Of a stretch of DNA of 64,000 bases, positions 19,212 through 27,515 are shown piece after piece. The stretch is from an uncultured Eubacteriales bacterium. GTDB taxonomy: Bacteria; Bacillota; Clostridia; Oscillospirales; JAKOTC01. A program made the position numbers and the translations under genes. The notes under the pieces were generated by a model. That model worked only from the letters and a program-made list of their open reading frames with translations. It did not search any database and was not told where the DNA came from. The stretch spans positions 2,135 through 66,134 of the forward strand of contig CAZPLU010000010.1 in assembly GCA_964587625.1 (NCBI GenBank), given 5' to 3'. The first letter of the stretch is position 1. Every line of letters starts with the position of its first letter.

Positions 19212-20687
19212 TCAGAAAATAATGCAGAGCAAGCCGTTGCAGCCGTCGTTGATGATTTTTTGAACGGTGTCCTGTAATTTCACTCTGGCTTGCGGAGGCA
19301 TATGCACGAGTTTCGAATGCAGCCCCTCGTTGACCAATTCATGAAGCGACTTTCCGAAAATATTGGACTGCCAAATTTTTTCGGGGGACTCCTCATAGTC
19401 CTTGAGCAGATACATCACCAGTTCCTCGGATTGTTTTTCGGAGCCGACGACCGGACGGATTTCGGTCGTGATGTCGGCGCGGATCATATGGATCGAAGGC
19501 GCACCCGCTTTCAAGCGGACGCCGTACCGCCCGCTTTGTCTCATAATCTCAGGCGCTTCAAGCGTCAGTTCTTCCATTGCCGGCATCACAATGCCATATC
19601 CGGTGGCGTTGACCTCCTCGATGGCGTTGCGGTATTTATCATAAGTCCCCTTGACCTCGGAAGCGGCTTTGATAAACTCAAACAGAGATCCCTCATCCTC
19701 GATCTGCTGGCCGGTAATCTCGCTCATCACCTGGAAGAAGAGGCCCGGCTTCAGCTCGATCTCCACTTTCGCACTGCCGTTTCCGTAATCCCGCCCCGCG
19801 ATTTCCGCTTTTTTGATATGCTCATTCGTGAACATGGCAGTCGGGAAAGCGTCTAACGCCTTGATCTTGGTCACGGCCTTTGCGGTTTCTTTGAGGACGG
19901 AGAGAAACTCGGTCTTCAGCCAAAACTCGGCCGGAAGCTTCATCAACCAGTTCGGGATGTCGATCCAAATTTCGCGCAGCGGGAACTCATAGAGCACGCC
20001 CCGGAGAATTTCGAGAATTTCGCCCTCGTCCATTTTGAGACAATTGACATTGATGACCCCGATTCCGTGTTGGGCTTCAATTTCGGCCTTGACGGAAAGC
20101 GCCGTCTCAGAGGTCGGATCGGCGCTGTTCAAAACCACCGCGAACGGCTTGTTGATCTCTCGCAGTTCGCCGATGACCCGCTGCTCGGCCTCGGCGTATT
20201 CGGCGCGCGGGATGTCGCCGAAGCTGCCGTCGGCGGTGACGACCAACCCGATGGTGGAATGTTCGGTGATGACCTTTTTGGTACCGACCTCCGCCGCCAT
20301 ATTAAAGGGGACCTCCTTGTCAAACCACGGGGTCATCACCATGCGCGGCGCTTCGTTTTCGATGTAGCCGATCGAGCTCGGAACGATATAACCCACGCAG
20401 TCGATCATGCGCACCTTGAATTCCCCGTCGCTGTCGATGCGGACCTTAACGGCCTCCTCGGGGATGAACTTCGGCTCCGTGGTCATAATCGTGCGCCCGG
20501 CAGAGGACTGCGGAAGTTCGTCGGTGGCGCGTTCCTTACGCGCGGGATCGACGATGTTCGGGACGACGAGGGTCTCCATAAAGCGTTTGATGAAAGTGGA
20601 TTTGCCGGTTCTGACCGGGCCGACCACGCCGATGTAGATATCCCCGCCGGTCCGTCGTGCCATGTCTGCGTAAATGCTGCTTCCCAT
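19212..20687 (-). CDS. spoIVA: Stage IV sporulation protein A (spore coat morphogenetic ATPase)
   Basis: 491 aa. IYADMARRTGGDIYIGVVGPVRTGKSTFIKRFME matches the SpoIVA N-terminus and Walker A motif. Confidence 0.95.
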   Translation of the reverse strand: MGSSIYADMARRTGGDIYIGVVGPVRTGKSTFIKRFMETLVVPNIVDPARKERATDELPQSSAGRTIMTTEPKFIPEEAVKVRIDSDGEFKVRMIDCVGYIVPSSIGYIENEAPRMVMTPWFDKEVPFNMAAEVGTKKVITEHSTIGLVVTADGSFGDIPRAEYAEAEQRVIGELREINKPFAVVLNSADPTSETALSVKAEIEAQHGIGVINVNCLKMDEGEILEILRGVLYEFPLREIWIDIPNWLMKLPAEFWLKTEFLSVLKETAKAVTKIKALDAFPTAMFTNEHIKKAEIAGRDYGNGSAKVEIELKPGLFFQVMSEITGQQIEDEGSLFEFIKAASEVKGTYDKYRNAIEEVNATGYGIVMPAMEELTLEAPEIMRQSGRYGVRLKAGAPSIHMIRADITTEIRPVVGSEKQSEELVMYLLKDYEESPEKIWQSNIFGKSLHELVNEGLHSKLVHMPPQARVKLQDTVQKIINDGCNGLLCIIF

Positions 20688-20701
20688 ATTATCACTCCTT
20701 T

Positions 20702-22222
20702 TTAAACGGTGGGGATCAACAAGACGTCGTCATTTGTGAGCCGATCCAGATCAATCCCGTTTTGCGCCTTGATGATATCGGCTGAGGTGTTATAATATTT
20801 CGCAATGTCCCAAAGTTCTTCGCCCTCGGCGGCAAAACACAATACCAGCGGAGTCAGCGGCGGCTGTTTTTTAACCGCTTCATTGATTTTCAAATCCGTC
20901 AACAACTTAAAGACGGCGCTTTGGCATCTTGTCACCGTCGCTGCGACATCCGCTCGGATCTCCATGCCCGAGCCGGTTTGTACGGCCTTGCTGCCGCTGA
21001 CGACTGCCGCCACGGTGAATTCACCGCTCATGGATCCGGTATTGACTTTTTGATCGAATTCGATGGCTTTTTCGGCAAAGAACAGTTCGCCGTCGTCATT
21101 TGCCGCCATCACAACCGCCGCCACCGTGCCGACCACCATCAACTCGCCCCGATCTGAGGATAACGCCACGGCACTGACCGCGCAGCGGGTATCCAACACC
21201 TTTTCGATGACCTGATCTCCGAAATCAACCGCGGCGGAAGCCGTGCAGGAGACCTCAAAACGCTCGCAGCCCGTCACGGCGGTGAAGTTGCCGTATTCGG
21301 CTTCGGAGGCGCACTCGCGGCTGTATCCGTCGAACAGCAGCTGCGTCGTCTCGATCACGTTGTTGACGGCGGTGATGCCCAAAATCAAATCCAGCGACAT
21401 CCGCCGGTTATCGCCGTCCGGCTGTGAGACGACATTCAGCGCATAGGAGACGATTGAAGCGGCGACTTCAATTTCGTTGCTTTCGGTCGCGTCCAGCTCG
21501 GTGATTTGACTGAACGGAATCGAGAATTTGATGACGTGCGGGGCGGAGGAACTCACATCTCCCAGATAGAGCGCTTCCAAGGTCGCGTTTCCGTTGACGA
21601 CAATGCGCCCCGAGACCGTTTTAAAACCGCTTTCGGTGATGATAAGACGGGAGTTGAGCAGTTTCATCACCGAGGGCCGAGTGTTTTCCAGCTCAAAATC
21701 CTCGCTGATGGCGAATTGACGGTTATAGGCCGAGACAAACCGCTTGACCGAGACGGTCTGCTTTTTCAACTCAATGTCTGCGCCTTCAATGCCGTCAAGC
21801 AGTTCCTCGCGTTTTGCGCCCTTGACCTCGGATTCCAATAAAAAGGATCCGAAAAGATCGATTTTTCGCGGCGAGATCGGCTGCGCCGAGCATCTGAGCA
21901 GCCGGGGCGTCACAAAGACCGCGCTGTCGGGCGGCACCGCGGCATCGATGATCTGCCGCCAGGCCGTGGTTTGATTGGCGCTGCACAACTCCCCGTCCGG
22001 TGACCGGTAGAGCGCGCAAAATCGGATGTTCCCCTCCACAATAATTTTTTGCTCCGTAATTTGTTTTCCTGTGACGAAAACCTCCGCTTCAGATCGGAGC
22101 ACACGTTGAACCTCGGGGAGATAATCGGGGATCACCGCCTGCGAATCCACACGCGCCTCGGGTCTTGCCGAGAACAGCGTAACAGAGGAACCGATACTTT
22201 TTTTAATCATTTTCATCTGCAT
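20702..22222 (-). CDS. DUF3794-repeat protein with C-terminal LysM (SipL-like spore morphogenetic protein)
   Basis: ORF 20702-22255, with the start set to the ATG at 22222 after AAAGGAGAG (MQMKMIKK). The C-terminal LysM is ELWDIAKYYNTSADIIKAQNGIDLDRLTNDDVLLIP. A 14-nt gap to spoIVA implies an operon. Confidence 0.65.
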   Translation of the reverse strand: MQMKMIKKSIGSSVTLFSARPEARVDSQAVIPDYLPEVQRVLRSEAEVFVTGKQITEQKIIVEGNIRFCALYRSPDGELCSANQTTAWRQIIDAAVPPDSAVFVTPRLLRCSAQPISPRKIDLFGSFLLESEVKGAKREELLDGIEGADIELKKQTVSVKRFVSAYNRQFAISEDFELENTRPSVMKLLNSRLIITESGFKTVSGRIVVNGNATLEALYLGDVSSSAPHVIKFSIPFSQITELDATESNEIEVAASIVSYALNVVSQPDGDNRRMSLDLILGITAVNNVIETTQLLFDGYSRECASEAEYGNFTAVTGCERFEVSCTASAAVDFGDQVIEKVLDTRCAVSAVALSSDRGELMVVGTVAAVVMAANDDGELFFAEKAIEFDQKVNTGSMSGEFTVAAVVSGSKAVQTGSGMEIRADVAATVTRCQSAVFKLLTDLKINEAVKKQPPLTPLVLCFAAEGEELWDIAKYYNTSADIIKAQNGIDLDRLTNDDVLLIPTV

Positions 22223-22254
22223 ATATTGTCTCTCCTTTACACTCGTATGTGCCA

Positions 22255-22282
22255 ATTGTTATGCTTGCAGTTGCGTTTTTAT
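22255..22282 (-). promoter_or_regulatory. Candidate sigma-E-type promoter for the sipL-like/spoIVA operon
   Basis: The minus strand reads TCATAAA, then 14 nt, then CATAACAAT, about 33 nt upstream of the ATG. This is only a partial match to the B. subtilis sigma-E pattern kmATATT-N14-CATACAmT. Confidence 0.3.
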
Positions 22283-22335
22283 GAGAAAAGGTTTAAAATT
22301 ACAACACATATTTATCGGCGAAGGAGGGTCGTTAC

Positions 22336-22692
22336 GTGTCGAAAACCGTAAAACTCATCTGCGTCGCGCTTGCGGTATTGTCCGCAGGTCTGATTGCGTT
22401 TTCGGTTTTTAAAATAATCACCGCCGCCCCGCATATCGGAGCGACGATCTACGCCTCGCGGTGGGCGCCCTCAATAAACCTCCCGAACGGCAAAGTGAAC
22501 TTGAACACCGCTTCAAAAGAAGAGCTTATGCTGCTGCCCGGCATCGGAGAGCTGCTCGCCGAGCGCATCATCGATTACCGAACTCAAAACGGCGGATTTT
22601 TTTCAAAGGGCGAGATCAAAGAAGTGCAGGGCATCGGCGACGGAAAATACGAAGCCATCCGGCATTATATTACGATCGGAACCTCCGGATAA
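22336..22692 (+). CDS. ComEA-like helix-hairpin-helix DNA-binding protein
   Basis: 118 aa with a GTG start after GAAGGAGGG. It has an N-terminal TM helix, then [28 protein letters not shown]...[10 protein letters not shown] (a tandem HhH). Confidence 0.85.
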   Translation: MSKTVKLICVALAVLSAGLIAFSVFKIITAAPHIGATIYASRWAPSINLPNGKVNLNTASKEELMLLPGIGELLAERIIDYRTQNGGFFSKGEIKEVQGIGDGKYEAIRHYITIGTSG

Positions 22693-22825
22693 TATTTTTT
22701 ACGGAAGGTACGACACGGTCGCAACACAAACGGAAACGCTTGAATGCGTTTTATCTCATGCGTTCATCATCCGCTTCAAGCGACTCGCCCAAAAAACCAT
22801 ATATTCAATCATCAGGAGGGTCATC

Positions 22826-23125
22826 ATGGTCAGACACATTGTCATGTGGAATTTCAAAGAGGAATTCACCGAGGAAGAAAACATCCGAAACGCGCAAAAA
22901 ATCAAAGCCGAATTGGAAGCGTTGCCGAATAAAATCGAGGGCATCGTCTCGTTGAAAGTGACGGTTTCGACGTTAAAGTCCGGCAACCGCGCCGTGGTTT
23001 TAAACAGCTTGTTCATCAATGATGAAGCGTTAAGTAAATATGTCGTCCACCCCGAACACGTCCGCGTCGGCGCTCTGGTCAGGGCGGCCTTCACCGACCG
23101 CGCCTGCGCCGATTATATTGAGTAA
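22826..23125 (+). CDS. Dabb (stress-responsive alpha/beta barrel) family protein
   Basis: 99 aa. MVRHIVMWNFKEE ... HPEHVRVG is typical of the Dabb domain. Confidence 0.8.
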   Translation: MVRHIVMWNFKEEFTEEENIRNAQKIKAELEALPNKIEGIVSLKVTVSTLKSGNRAVVLNSLFINDEALSKYVVHPEHVRVGALVRAAFTDRACADYIE

Positions 23126-23137
23126 TATGACAACTCC

Positions 23138-23193
23138 GTCTTTGCGAGGAGAGCGCGGGCCGAACCCCGCGCACGACGAAGCAATCCAAAGAC
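23138..23193. repeat. Palindromic intergenic element (nested hairpin)
   Basis: The outer stem is GTCTTTG/CAAAGAC and the inner stem is GCGCGGG-CCGAAC-CCCGCGC. The flanks GCGAGGAG...CGACGAAGCAATCC resemble the GTCATTGCGAG...GAAGCAATC type of dispersed repeat. Confidence 0.5.
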
Positions 23194-23307
23194 AGCGACC
23201 GGGTATCCGGCGGTTCAAATTTACGTTACGGTCCGGATTGCTGTTATATAAAATACGGCAGGAGCGGTTTTCACCGCTACTGCCAAAACAAGTTCGATTG
23301 TTAAAAT

Positions 23308-23327
23308 GTTCCACGTGGAACTTTTTT
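23308..23327. terminator. Bidirectional terminator (Dabb gene and convergent isomerase gene)
   Basis: GTTCCACGTGGAAC is a perfect palindrome flanked by AAAAT on the left and TTTTTT on the right. Confidence 0.65.
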
Positions 23328-23357
23328 GTCATCGCGATTGAAGCCGAAGGATCTCGG
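23328..23357 (+). repeat. Copy of the GTCAT...GAAGGATCTCGG dispersed repeat
   Basis: GTCATCGCGATTGAAGCCGAAGGATCTCGG shares its 5' GTCATC and 3' CGAAGGATCTCGG with the copy at 36802-36849. Confidence 0.5.
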
Positions 23358-23378
23358 GTTGACAACGGCTTCCGGATG

Positions 23379-24233
23379 CTATAAATTCAAATTCCGAATT
23401 TGTTTTTTCAAAAAGTCCACCGCGATCTTGATGTCTTTTTCCGGCGAATCCCCGACTTCGCGCTCGATCGTCAAAAAGCCGTCGTAGCCGGACGCCTTCA
23501 ATGCGGGCAGGTATTTTTCGAAATGCACGTCGCCGGTGCCGAGCACGACTTCGCGGAAATACTCGGGGCGTTCGCCCATCTCCTCGTGCTTGACCAGTCC
23601 ATAGATGATCTCAGGATCTTCCTTTTTCAGCAAAACGCCGTCCTTGGCGTGGGTGTGAACGGTCAGCGGGCCGAGAATCCTTGCGGCCTCAACGCTGTCT
23701 TCGCCGATGACCATCGCCAAATTCGCGGGGTCAAGATTGACCGCGACGCCCCTGACGCCGAGTTCTCGAATAAACCGCGCAAGAATCTCCGAGGGCTCGG
23801 GGCCGGTCTCAACGGCAAAATAAGCGCCGCACTTTTCGGCGTATTCGCCCAGTTTGTAACAGGCGCGCTGCATGACGTCGTAACGGGGATTGTTTCGGTC
23901 GGCGGGGATCACGCCGATGTGCGTGGTCACGACTTTGCAATCGAGTTCGAGCGCCATGTCGATGATGCGTTTGGAACGCTCGATGCGGTCGGAGTTTTCG
24001 TCCTCGTGCATAAAGCCGTGGCCGCCGAAATCCCCGCACAGCGCCGAAAAAACCAGCCCGTTGGAGCGGACATAATCGAGCGCCTCGCGCCGCTGTTTGG
24101 CGTTGAGGTTTTGCGGGCTGAACGCGCCGGTCGTGGCATAGGCCTGAATGCCGTCGGCGCCGACGGCGGCGGCCTTTTTAACGCCCTCCTCAAAACCGAC
24201 CCGGAACGAATCGACGATGACACCGATTTTCAT
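23379..24233 (-). CDS. Sugar phosphate isomerase/epimerase (xylose isomerase-like TIM barrel)
   Basis: 284 aa with the AP-endonuclease-2/xylose-isomerase-like pattern (VVTTHIG, FAVETGPE, NLDPANL, HTHAKDG). Confidence 0.8.
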   Translation of the reverse strand: MKIGVIVDSFRVGFEEGVKKAAAVGADGIQAYATTGAFSPQNLNAKQRREALDYVRSNGLVFSALCGDFGGHGFMHEDENSDRIERSKRIIDMALELDCKVVTTHIGVIPADRNNPRYDVMQRACYKLGEYAEKCGAYFAVETGPEPSEILARFIRELGVRGVAVNLDPANLAMVIGEDSVEAARILGPLTVHTHAKDGVLLKKEDPEIIYGLVKHEEMGERPEYFREVVLGTGDVHFEKYLPALKASGYDGFLTIEREVGDSPEKDIKIAVDFLKKQIRNLNL

Positions 24234-24270
24234 GATGACGACTCCTTTCGCAAAATGGTGGCGATATTTT

Positions 24271-25461
24271 TTATTTTAAAATCGGGAATATGACCGCATT
24301 AACCGAAAGGCGATCGAGTTTTTCGTTCAATTCTGCTTCCGTGAATGGGCCGACCACATAGCCGACCGCGTCGTTCCCGGCGGTAATGCGCCTGTATTCG
24401 CCCAGCTGCGGCAGTTTTTTTACATCGGCTTCTTTGATTTTAATCAAAAACTCATATTCACCGTCGTCCGCGCAAAACTCCTCCGTATCCTCCCAAAAGA
24501 TATTGCGCGGGCTCTGCTTTTCGCGCACGCAGTCGACGATGTCGGAGATCACGGCGCTTGCGGTCGGGAATTTCCCCGCGCCCTTGCCGTAAAACATCAC
24601 ATCACCCGTCGCGTCGCCGTCGACGATGATTCCGTTAAAGACATCGTTGACGGACGACAGCTGGTTGGCGTGCTCCACGATCATCGGCCGGACAAAAGCG
24701 CTCACGCCGCCGCCGACCGGTTTGGCAATGCAAATCAATTTCAGGCAGCCGCCGCAGGCGCGCGCCAATTTGATGTCGTCGAGCCCGATCTGCCCGATGC
24801 CGACGGCCGGGATCATATCGGGGTGAGGGCGCTTTTGAAAGCAAATCCCGCTCAAAATCGAAATTTTGCGCGCACAGTCGTGGCCGTCCACATCCGCCGA
24901 AGGATTGAGCTCCGCATACCCCAGACGTTTTGCCATCTCAAGGGCGTCTTTAAAACTCATGTTGTCGGATTCCATCTTGGTCAAAATAAAGTTGGTTGTC
25001 CCGTTTAAAATGCCGCAGATACTGACAAATCTGTTGGCGGCAAGACATTGGCTGATCGGCTTGAGCAGCGGAACCCCGCCGCCGACGCTGGCTTCAAACT
25101 TTAACATCACACCGGATTTTTCGGCATACCCCAAGAGTTCCGTACCGCGGGTCGCGATCAGTTCCTTGTTGGAAGTGACGACGCATTTCCCGGCTTTCAG
25201 GCAGCGCGAGACATAGTCGTACGCCGCGCCGGTCCCGCCGATGGTCTCGACGACGACCGAGATCTCGGGATCGTTTTCGATGACCGAAAAATCCTTGATG
25301 AAAAGGTCGGTGTAATCCAGTCCGGTGAAATCCTTGATATCCAATATATATTTCAGGCACATGGATTCGCCGGCCGCCGTTTCGATTTTATCGCGGTTGC
25401 GCATGAACAGCTGCGCCGTCCCCGAACCGACTACGCCGTGACCCATGATTGCAAATTTCAT
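24271..25461 (-). CDS. hom: Homoserine dehydrogenase
   Basis: The ORF extends to 25716, but the start is set to the ATG at 25461 after AAAGGATGAG (MKFAIMGHGVVGSGTAQL, an NAD-binding GxGxxG). There is a C-terminal ACT-like region. The longer ORF would run through the tRNA-Leu gene. Confidence 0.92.
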   Translation of the reverse strand: MKFAIMGHGVVGSGTAQLFMRNRDKIETAAGESMCLKYILDIKDFTGLDYTDLFIKDFSVIENDPEISVVVETIGGTGAAYDYVSRCLKAGKCVVTSNKELIATRGTELLGYAEKSGVMLKFEASVGGGVPLLKPISQCLAANRFVSICGILNGTTNFILTKMESDNMSFKDALEMAKRLGYAELNPSADVDGHDCARKISILSGICFQKRPHPDMIPAVGIGQIGLDDIKLARACGGCLKLICIAKPVGGGVSAFVRPMIVEHANQLSSVNDVFNGIIVDGDATGDVMFYGKGAGKFPTASAVISDIVDCVREKQSPRNIFWEDTEEFCADDGEYEFLIKIKEADVKKLPQLGEYRRITAGNDAVGYVVGPFTEAELNEKLDRLSVNAVIFPILK

Positions 25462-25570
25462 AACGACACTCATCCTTTCGACCGGTTTGAAACGGTTTTC
25501 AAACCGAACTTTTGCCTGTCGGACGCGCATAAATGCAAAACGCGGTAAATACGCGCGTCCGATATGCGCC

Positions 25571-25599
25571 ATTATAGCATAACACATTGGCATATTCAA
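25571..25599 (-). promoter_or_regulatory. Sigma-A promoter for hom (extended -10)
   Basis: The minus strand reads TTGAAT, a 17-nt spacer ending in TGC, then TATAAT. This predicts a leader of about 105 nt. Confidence 0.6.
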
Positions 25600-25622
25600 G
25601 CAAAACAATCTCAAATTCGGTA

Positions 25623-25651
25623 TTGCAAAATCGAGAACGGGGTGGTATAAT
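25623..25651 (+). promoter_or_regulatory. Sigma-A promoter for tRNA-Leu
   Basis: TTGCAA (25623-25628), a 17-nt spacer ending in TGG, then TATAAT (25646-25651), 21 nt before the mature tRNA 5' end. Confidence 0.75.
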
Positions 25652-25672
25652 AACCCTCGCGTCGGACCTTTC

Positions 25673-25759
25673 GCCGGTGTGATGGAATTGGTAGACGTGG
25701 TGGACTCAAAACCCACCGGTAGCGATACCGTGCCGGTTCGATTCCGGCCACCGGCACCA
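25673..25759 (+). tRNA. tRNA-Leu (anticodon CAA), class II, CCA encoded
   Basis: Hand fold: acceptor GCCGGTG/CACCGGC, D-loop GAATTGGTAGA, anticodon loop CTCAAAA, long variable arm CGGTA-GCGA-TACCG, T-arm GCCGG-TTCGATT-CCGGC, discriminator A plus CCA. Confidence 0.93.
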
Positions 25760-25764
25760 AACTG

Positions 25765-25808
25765 CCCATCATCAATTGCTCAACCCATTGATGGTGGGTT
25801 TGTTTTTT
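25765..25808 (+). terminator. Intrinsic terminator after tRNA-Leu
   Basis: A 12-bp stem CCCATCATCAAT/ATTGATGGTGGG (one G-U pair) with a 10-nt loop, followed by TTTGTTTTTT. Confidence 0.85.
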
Positions 25809-25920
25809 ACAAAGGAGGACAGCGTGAAAAATAAATTTCACACTGCGGTTTTGGTGCCTTTCGGGTTTTAAACCGAAATCGGCGCAATTCCCCGGCTTGC
25901 GGAAAGGAAGGAGCTTTTAT

Positions 25921-26619
25921 ATGGACAAAACTTACGCTTTGTCGCTGTCCCTCGCAAACGATTTCAATGCCTATGTGAACGCCGCCCTCGAAAACAACGA
26001 AATCAGTAAAGACGAATGGTACGAAATAAACAACGTGTATTTTACAAAACTATATCTTTCACAAAATAATCCCCGCGGACAATCGGGACACGGGGGCGAC
26101 GAATTCCATTATGCGTTTTCGCACCTGCCGATAGTGGAAGCCGTCTATAAAAACGGGACTTTTCTCGATGTCGGATGCGCCAACGGATATTTATGCGAGA
26201 TGGTGCACCAATGGGCGAGCGCTGTCGGCTTCGACTTGCAGATGTTCGGGGTGGATATATCCGAGGGGCTGATCGAATTGGCCAAAAGCCGGCTTCCCCA
26301 ATGGCGCGCTCATTTTTTTGTCGGCAATTCGTTTTTTTGGAAACCCAAGCAAAAGTTCGATTATATCCATATCGGGGGATTGGGCCAGGTTCCCGAAGAA
26401 GACGAACTTCTGTTTTTTAATCATATTATGGAAAATTATTTGTCCGACGGTGGAAGATTGATTCTCGGCCCTTGCTGGTGCGACGACGGTGATTCTCGAT
26501 ACAAGGGTATTCGAAAATTACTTGACTCCGGCATATCTCCGAACGGCTATATTGAAAAAACGCATTATAAGGACCCGAATAAACTGAGAAGGGCCGTATG
26601 GTTCGATAAAATCAAATGA
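25921..26619 (+). CDS. Class I SAM-dependent methyltransferase
   Basis: ORF from 25897, with the start set to the ATG at 25921, 8 nt after AAGGAG. It has motif I FLDVGCANGYL. It is visibly more AT-rich than its neighbours. Confidence 0.75.
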   Translation: MDKTYALSLSLANDFNAYVNAALENNEISKDEWYEINNVYFTKLYLSQNNPRGQSGHGGDEFHYAFSHLPIVEAVYKNGTFLDVGCANGYLCEMVHQWASAVGFDLQMFGVDISEGLIELAKSRLPQWRAHFFVGNSFFWKPKQKFDYIHIGGLGQVPEEDELLFFNHIMENYLSDGGRLILGPCWCDDGDSRYKGIRKLLDSGISPNGYIEKTHYKDPNKLRRAVWFDKIK

Positions 26620-26692
26620 GTAACATCTTGCGGATATTTCGTCCGATGATGCCCAAAAACCGAATGTCTGAAAAAGGGGGAAACCGGCAACA

Positions 26693-27409
26693 ATGAAAAC
26701 GGTATTGATCACCGGCGCCTCGGGCGGTATCGGCGCGGCGACCGCCCGGCTTTTTGCCGAAAAGGGGTGCCGTGTCGCGCTACATTATCACCAATCCGAG
26801 GAGATCGCGCGCGCTCTCGAACGGGAACTCGGAAAAAACGCATTCGCCGTCAGCGCCGACGTGTCGGATTCGGCGCAGGTCAAAGCGATGTTCCAAGCCG
26901 TGCAAAAACGTTTCGGCGGGATCGACGTGCTGGTCAACAACGCCGGAATCGCGGAGTTTTCCCTTTTCACCGAAATCACGGACGAACGATGGCGCAGGAT
27001 GTTCGCGGTCAACGCCGACGGCTGCTTTTATTGCTGCCGGGAGGTGCTTCCGTATATGATCGCGGAAAAATCCGGCGCGATCGTCAATATCTCGTCGATC
27101 TGGGGCATCACGGGCGGTTCCTGCGAGGTGCACTATTCCGCCGCCAAAGCCGCCGTCATCGGACTGACCAAGGCGCTGGCAAAAGAAGTCGGCCCCTCGG
27201 GGATCACAGTGAACTGCATCGCTCCGGGCATGATCAATACCAAGATGAATCGCGGCCTATCTGACGAAGATATCGCAGGTTTATTGGACGAGACGCCGCT
27301 GCAAAAGCTCGGCACGCCGCTCGAAATCGCAAAAACCGCTTTATTTTTAGCGGAATCCGAATTTATCACCGGGCAAATCCTCAGTCCGAACGGCGGTTTT
27401 GTCATCTGA
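26693..27409 (+). CDS. Short-chain dehydrogenase/reductase (FabG-like 3-oxoacyl-ACP reductase family)
   Basis: 238 aa. It has TGASGGIGAA, NNAG and YSAAK motifs. Confidence 0.88.
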   Translation: MKTVLITGASGGIGAATARLFAEKGCRVALHYHQSEEIARALERELGKNAFAVSADVSDSAQVKAMFQAVQKRFGGIDVLVNNAGIAEFSLFTEITDERWRRMFAVNADGCFYCCREVLPYMIAEKSGAIVNISSIWGITGGSCEVHYSAAKAAVIGLTKALAKEVGPSGITVNCIAPGMINTKMNRGLSDEDIAGLLDETPLQKLGTPLEIAKTALFLAESEFITGQILSPNGGFVI

Positions 27410-27430
27410 AACGGCGGTTTTGTCATCTGA
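27389..27430 (+). repeat. Perfect 21-bp tandem duplication spanning the SDR stop codon
   Basis: AACGGCGGTTTTGTCATCTGA occurs twice back to back (27389-27409 and 27410-27430). It duplicates the last six codons plus the TGA. Confidence 0.95.
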
Positions 27431-27439
27431 AAATTCTCC

Positions 27440-27468
27440 TTGCCATATCCAAAAAAGTATTGTATAAT
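27440..27468 (+). promoter_or_regulatory. Sigma-A promoter for yajC
   Basis: TTGCCA (27440-27445), a 17-nt spacer ending in TG, then TATAAT (27463-27468). Confidence 0.55.
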
Positions 27469-27515
27469 CTTCGTGGGAAGTGAATTTTTCTCAGAATTTG
27501 AAAGGATTGGAAAAT

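Noticed and set aside
22461-22955. A 164-aa plus-strand ORF spanning the comEA-like 3' half, the spacer and the Dabb gene start.
   Set aside because: It has an Arg/Ser/His-rich composition and overlaps two genes with clear domain signatures in other frames.
23345-23357. The 13-nt identity CGAAGGATCTCGG shared with 36837-36849, taken as stand-alone proof of a repeat family.
   Set aside because: A 13-mer match is expected by chance several times in 64 kb on two strands. I kept the repeat call only because the copies also share the GTCAT 5' end, their intergenic location and a third inverted copy. The 13-mer by itself is not evidence.
25462-25716. An N-terminal extension of the hom ORF (481 aa) reaching 25716.
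   Set aside because: The extension would read through the tRNA-Leu gene on the opposite strand and lacks an SD. The ATG at 25461 has a good SD and begins exactly at the NAD-binding GxGxxG.
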